Source: Bugula neritina (lineage: Eukaryota; Animalia; Bryozoa). Taken from it: a stretch of 64,000 nucleotides of DNA. The notes under the pieces are model-generated. The model ran no database searches. It was given only the letters and a program-made list of their open reading frames with translations, and had not been told where the DNA came from. The DNA lies in contig OZ037767.1 of the NCBI GenBank assembly GCA_964035545.1, forward strand, positions 3,173,680-3,237,679. The letters run 5' to 3'. A program made the translations under genes and the position numbers. Within the stretch, counting starts at the first letter, position 1, and each line of letters opens with the position of its first letter. Below are positions 61,253 through 64,000 of the stretch, one piece after another.

Positions 61253-63054
61253 ATACACAGGTAGAGAGAGCTCTTTCTATGTGTTTTTGTGCATTTTGGA
61301 AATTGAGAAGTGGAGTATTTTATTCTACTTGCCATACATATTGCAGTATATGCTATCTATGGTATATTATTTGTCATATGTGTTGCATTATATGCCATCT
61401 ATGTTATAGTGTATGTCATATATATAAAGTGCAACAGTTCATTAAAAAATGCAGAATACACTATAACTGCATACAGTATATAAAAGTAGTACTACTGGGG
61501 TACTGTAAGGGTACTGCTTAGGTGCCACTAGAGTACTGTTAGGGTACTGCAAGGGTACTACTAGGATACCATCACTACTAACCATTGCCAGTAGATGATA
61601 CTAGTTTATATCAATGTTAGTCATCAATAGCAGAATATCTAATGAATTTGTCTCTATTTAAAGGTTGTTTGTGTGTAATCAAGAAGCAGATGTGATATTC
61701 TACTAATTTGCTTGCATTATATTTGTGTGTTTATCCCCCACCTTAAACACTGTATCAGCGTGCACTTTGTATTGTGTGTTTTTGAATTTACTCTAAACAA
61801 CTGTTTTAGTTTTTATGCGTGGCATAATGACAACAGCATAGCTACATTGTTTACTCCTCAAACACCAAAGGGTTATCTTTACCGCCCCAAGTATGTGTTG
61901 TTTTAATGGTGGGAATACTTGGCTAAGCTGTTAGTCAAGCTTTTAGTACACTTGAAAGAGATTAGTATCAGTTGTGGGGGAGATTTTCTCACTTATGCAG
62001 ACAGTTTGCTGATGCAACTCTTATAGCATTGTCTCTTTCATTCTAAGCTTTTATGTCTTACGCTGGAAGGCTTATATGAAACTCTTAATGGCCTTCTGCT
62101 CCGTAGTTTATTCTGTTTTCTTCCTGCAAACTTCAAAACCTCAAAAAAGTTTGTTGAAATTTTTGAATAAAATATCAATTAATAAGGTAATTTATAATCA
62201 GTTTGTGTCATGTTGTCATTGTTTATTAAAGCACTGTCTCTCTGATATTATTAGAAGTAGAAACATTCTAGTCTAATCTCTAGGTGACGTTCTGATCTAA
62301 AGTTGAGGGGAAAGTCTTGTCACAGTTATAAGTGTTTAAAATATGACAGTCTGTCACTGGAGTTGCCAATAGGACTTCAACTTCATAACTCATCCAGCAA
62401 TATGGCTATATAATATATAATATGGCTATATAGTGTAATATAATATGTTACCATAGTAGCGTCTTACATCTGGGAAAGATAGTTTGAAGCACTATTAATT
62501 CTACAATAGGAGATACTCTTTAGTTATGTTAGATGATTGGTTATGTAGTGCCAAGATTCAACCAATGTATTTTGATGTTTGTCTCTGTAAAAATAACGTT
62601 TCCATTTTCTTTCTTTATTTGCATATTTTTTGTAGTTCGACCTTTCCATTCTCTCAATAAATTGATCTCTACTACACCACAGCCCAGAGCGGTTCCAACA
62701 TACTGTAAACCTCCATGGAGAGGTCACTCTGTGAAGAAGTTGCTGAATCTAGTCAGATACACTTTTCATTGATGTCTTCAGTTACTATTGAATAGATCTC
62801 AACAGTAATTTGTACTTTCTATATTTTAGATATTATGGTTGATAAGCTTATAATATTTTGAATTTAATGTAAACATTGTATATATTATTTGCTTTTACGA
62901 TATTTTGAATTTTTTTATAAACAATAAATAAAGAATTCATTTCAGAGTCGGTGGTTAATTTTATGCAAATAATATATGTGAAAATTTCACCTGGACTTTT
63001 TCTCCCCTCAAAAATATGATCTATCTTGCCGGAAAGTAAAAATATATCAATTAG

Positions 63055-63335
63055 CATTACGATGTAGTAGTGGGGCCCTAGCATACATAATATTACAGTA
63101 GTAGTGAAGCTCTAGCATACATATATATGATATATATATAATATTACAGTAGTAGTAGACCTATAGCATACATATATATGATATATATAATATTACAGTA
63201 GTAGAGCTATAGCATACATATATATGATATATATAATATTACAGTAGTAGTAGAGCTATAGCATACACATATATGATATATATATATATATAATATTACA
63301 GTAGTAGTAGAGCTATAGTATACACATATGTAATA
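63055..63335. repeat. About 48-bp minisatellite x5-6 with variable TA content
   Basis: Unit approximately atattacagtagtagtagagctatagcatacatatatatgatatatata. Confidence 0.9.
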
Positions 63336-64000
63336 GCACAGTAGCCGTAACAATTATGATTGTATTTCCTTTGAATGCTGGTCTTGTTGCAGCGTCTACA
63401 GACTAATTAGTTTTGTAATTTCTTTGCTATTGTAGCAATCAGTAAAGGTTGTTACGTTAGTAACTAAGATCTCCTGCCACTCGTTGTTACCCCTCTTTCA
63501 GCCTGTTTGTAAATTGCGTCCTAGGTTACATATACAAGCTCTAGGCTTGGCTTGCTCAGTTGTAATACATAATTGAGGTTAAATACCGTTACTTACCATT
63601 GTTTGTGAAAATTGCAATCAAAAACTCTTTTGTTCTCAGTTTAAATATCTAAATTTACTTTGAGTTAATCGACATAGATAATTTTTTTATCAAGAGCTGT
63701 TAATATTTCAATGACTCATAAGGAACTAGGTAATAAGAACAGCTAGTAAATATTAATTTAGTGACAACATTCTAGATTTGAGGTGTTAAAGCTTTGCAGT
63801 TGAAATATGAAACATATAGATAATGCTTGGGTGAGCCATTTGCAATCTGAATACTAAGTTGAAAGATTAGTTAACATAAAAGCTGGCTTCAACAACAATA
63901 ATGTAGAGGTGTGAGTTTAAGCTTATGTACTTTTAAATTTTATGAAATGTAAGTTTCCTCTAATGCGAAGGTGTGGGTCATATTGTACTCCGTTCTATGG

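Overview
AT-rich, intron-rich animal genomic DNA. It is eukaryotic and probably an invertebrate such as a lophotrochozoan, though the species cannot be determined here. Most ORFs in the supplied track are fragments of spliced exons or noise, so I rebuilt gene models by hand from GT-AG sites and codon phase. Every complete model sums to a whole number of codons with no internal stop. From left to right: the 5' part of USP34 (minus strand, runs off the left edge); CRIM1 (plus, 13 coding exons, about 828 aa), head-to-head with USP34, with a TA-flanked MITE between them; an uncharacterised type II membrane protein with a putative GT-A glycosyltransferase core (about 375 aa); a tandem cluster of three paralogous type I receptors (signal peptide, one WSC carbohydrate-binding domain, Ser/Thr stalk, TM, tyrosine-motif tail; 372, 505 and 234 aa); SLC25A44 (minus); and, head-to-head with it, a Rieske [2Fe-2S] plus ferritin-like DUF455 diiron fusion gene (about 456 aa). 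There are also tRNA-derived SINE copies, a hAT-type MITE and many mini/microsatellites. The best candidate for an undescribed system is the WSC receptor cluster. The three genes share an identical exon-phase architecture but have diverged ligand domains, stalk lengths and signalling tails, and one tail carries a Dectin-1/CLEC-2-like hemITAM (EEDGYEKL). This suggests a glycan-sensing, paired-receptor-like innate immune locus. All family calls come from motif recognition without database searches.
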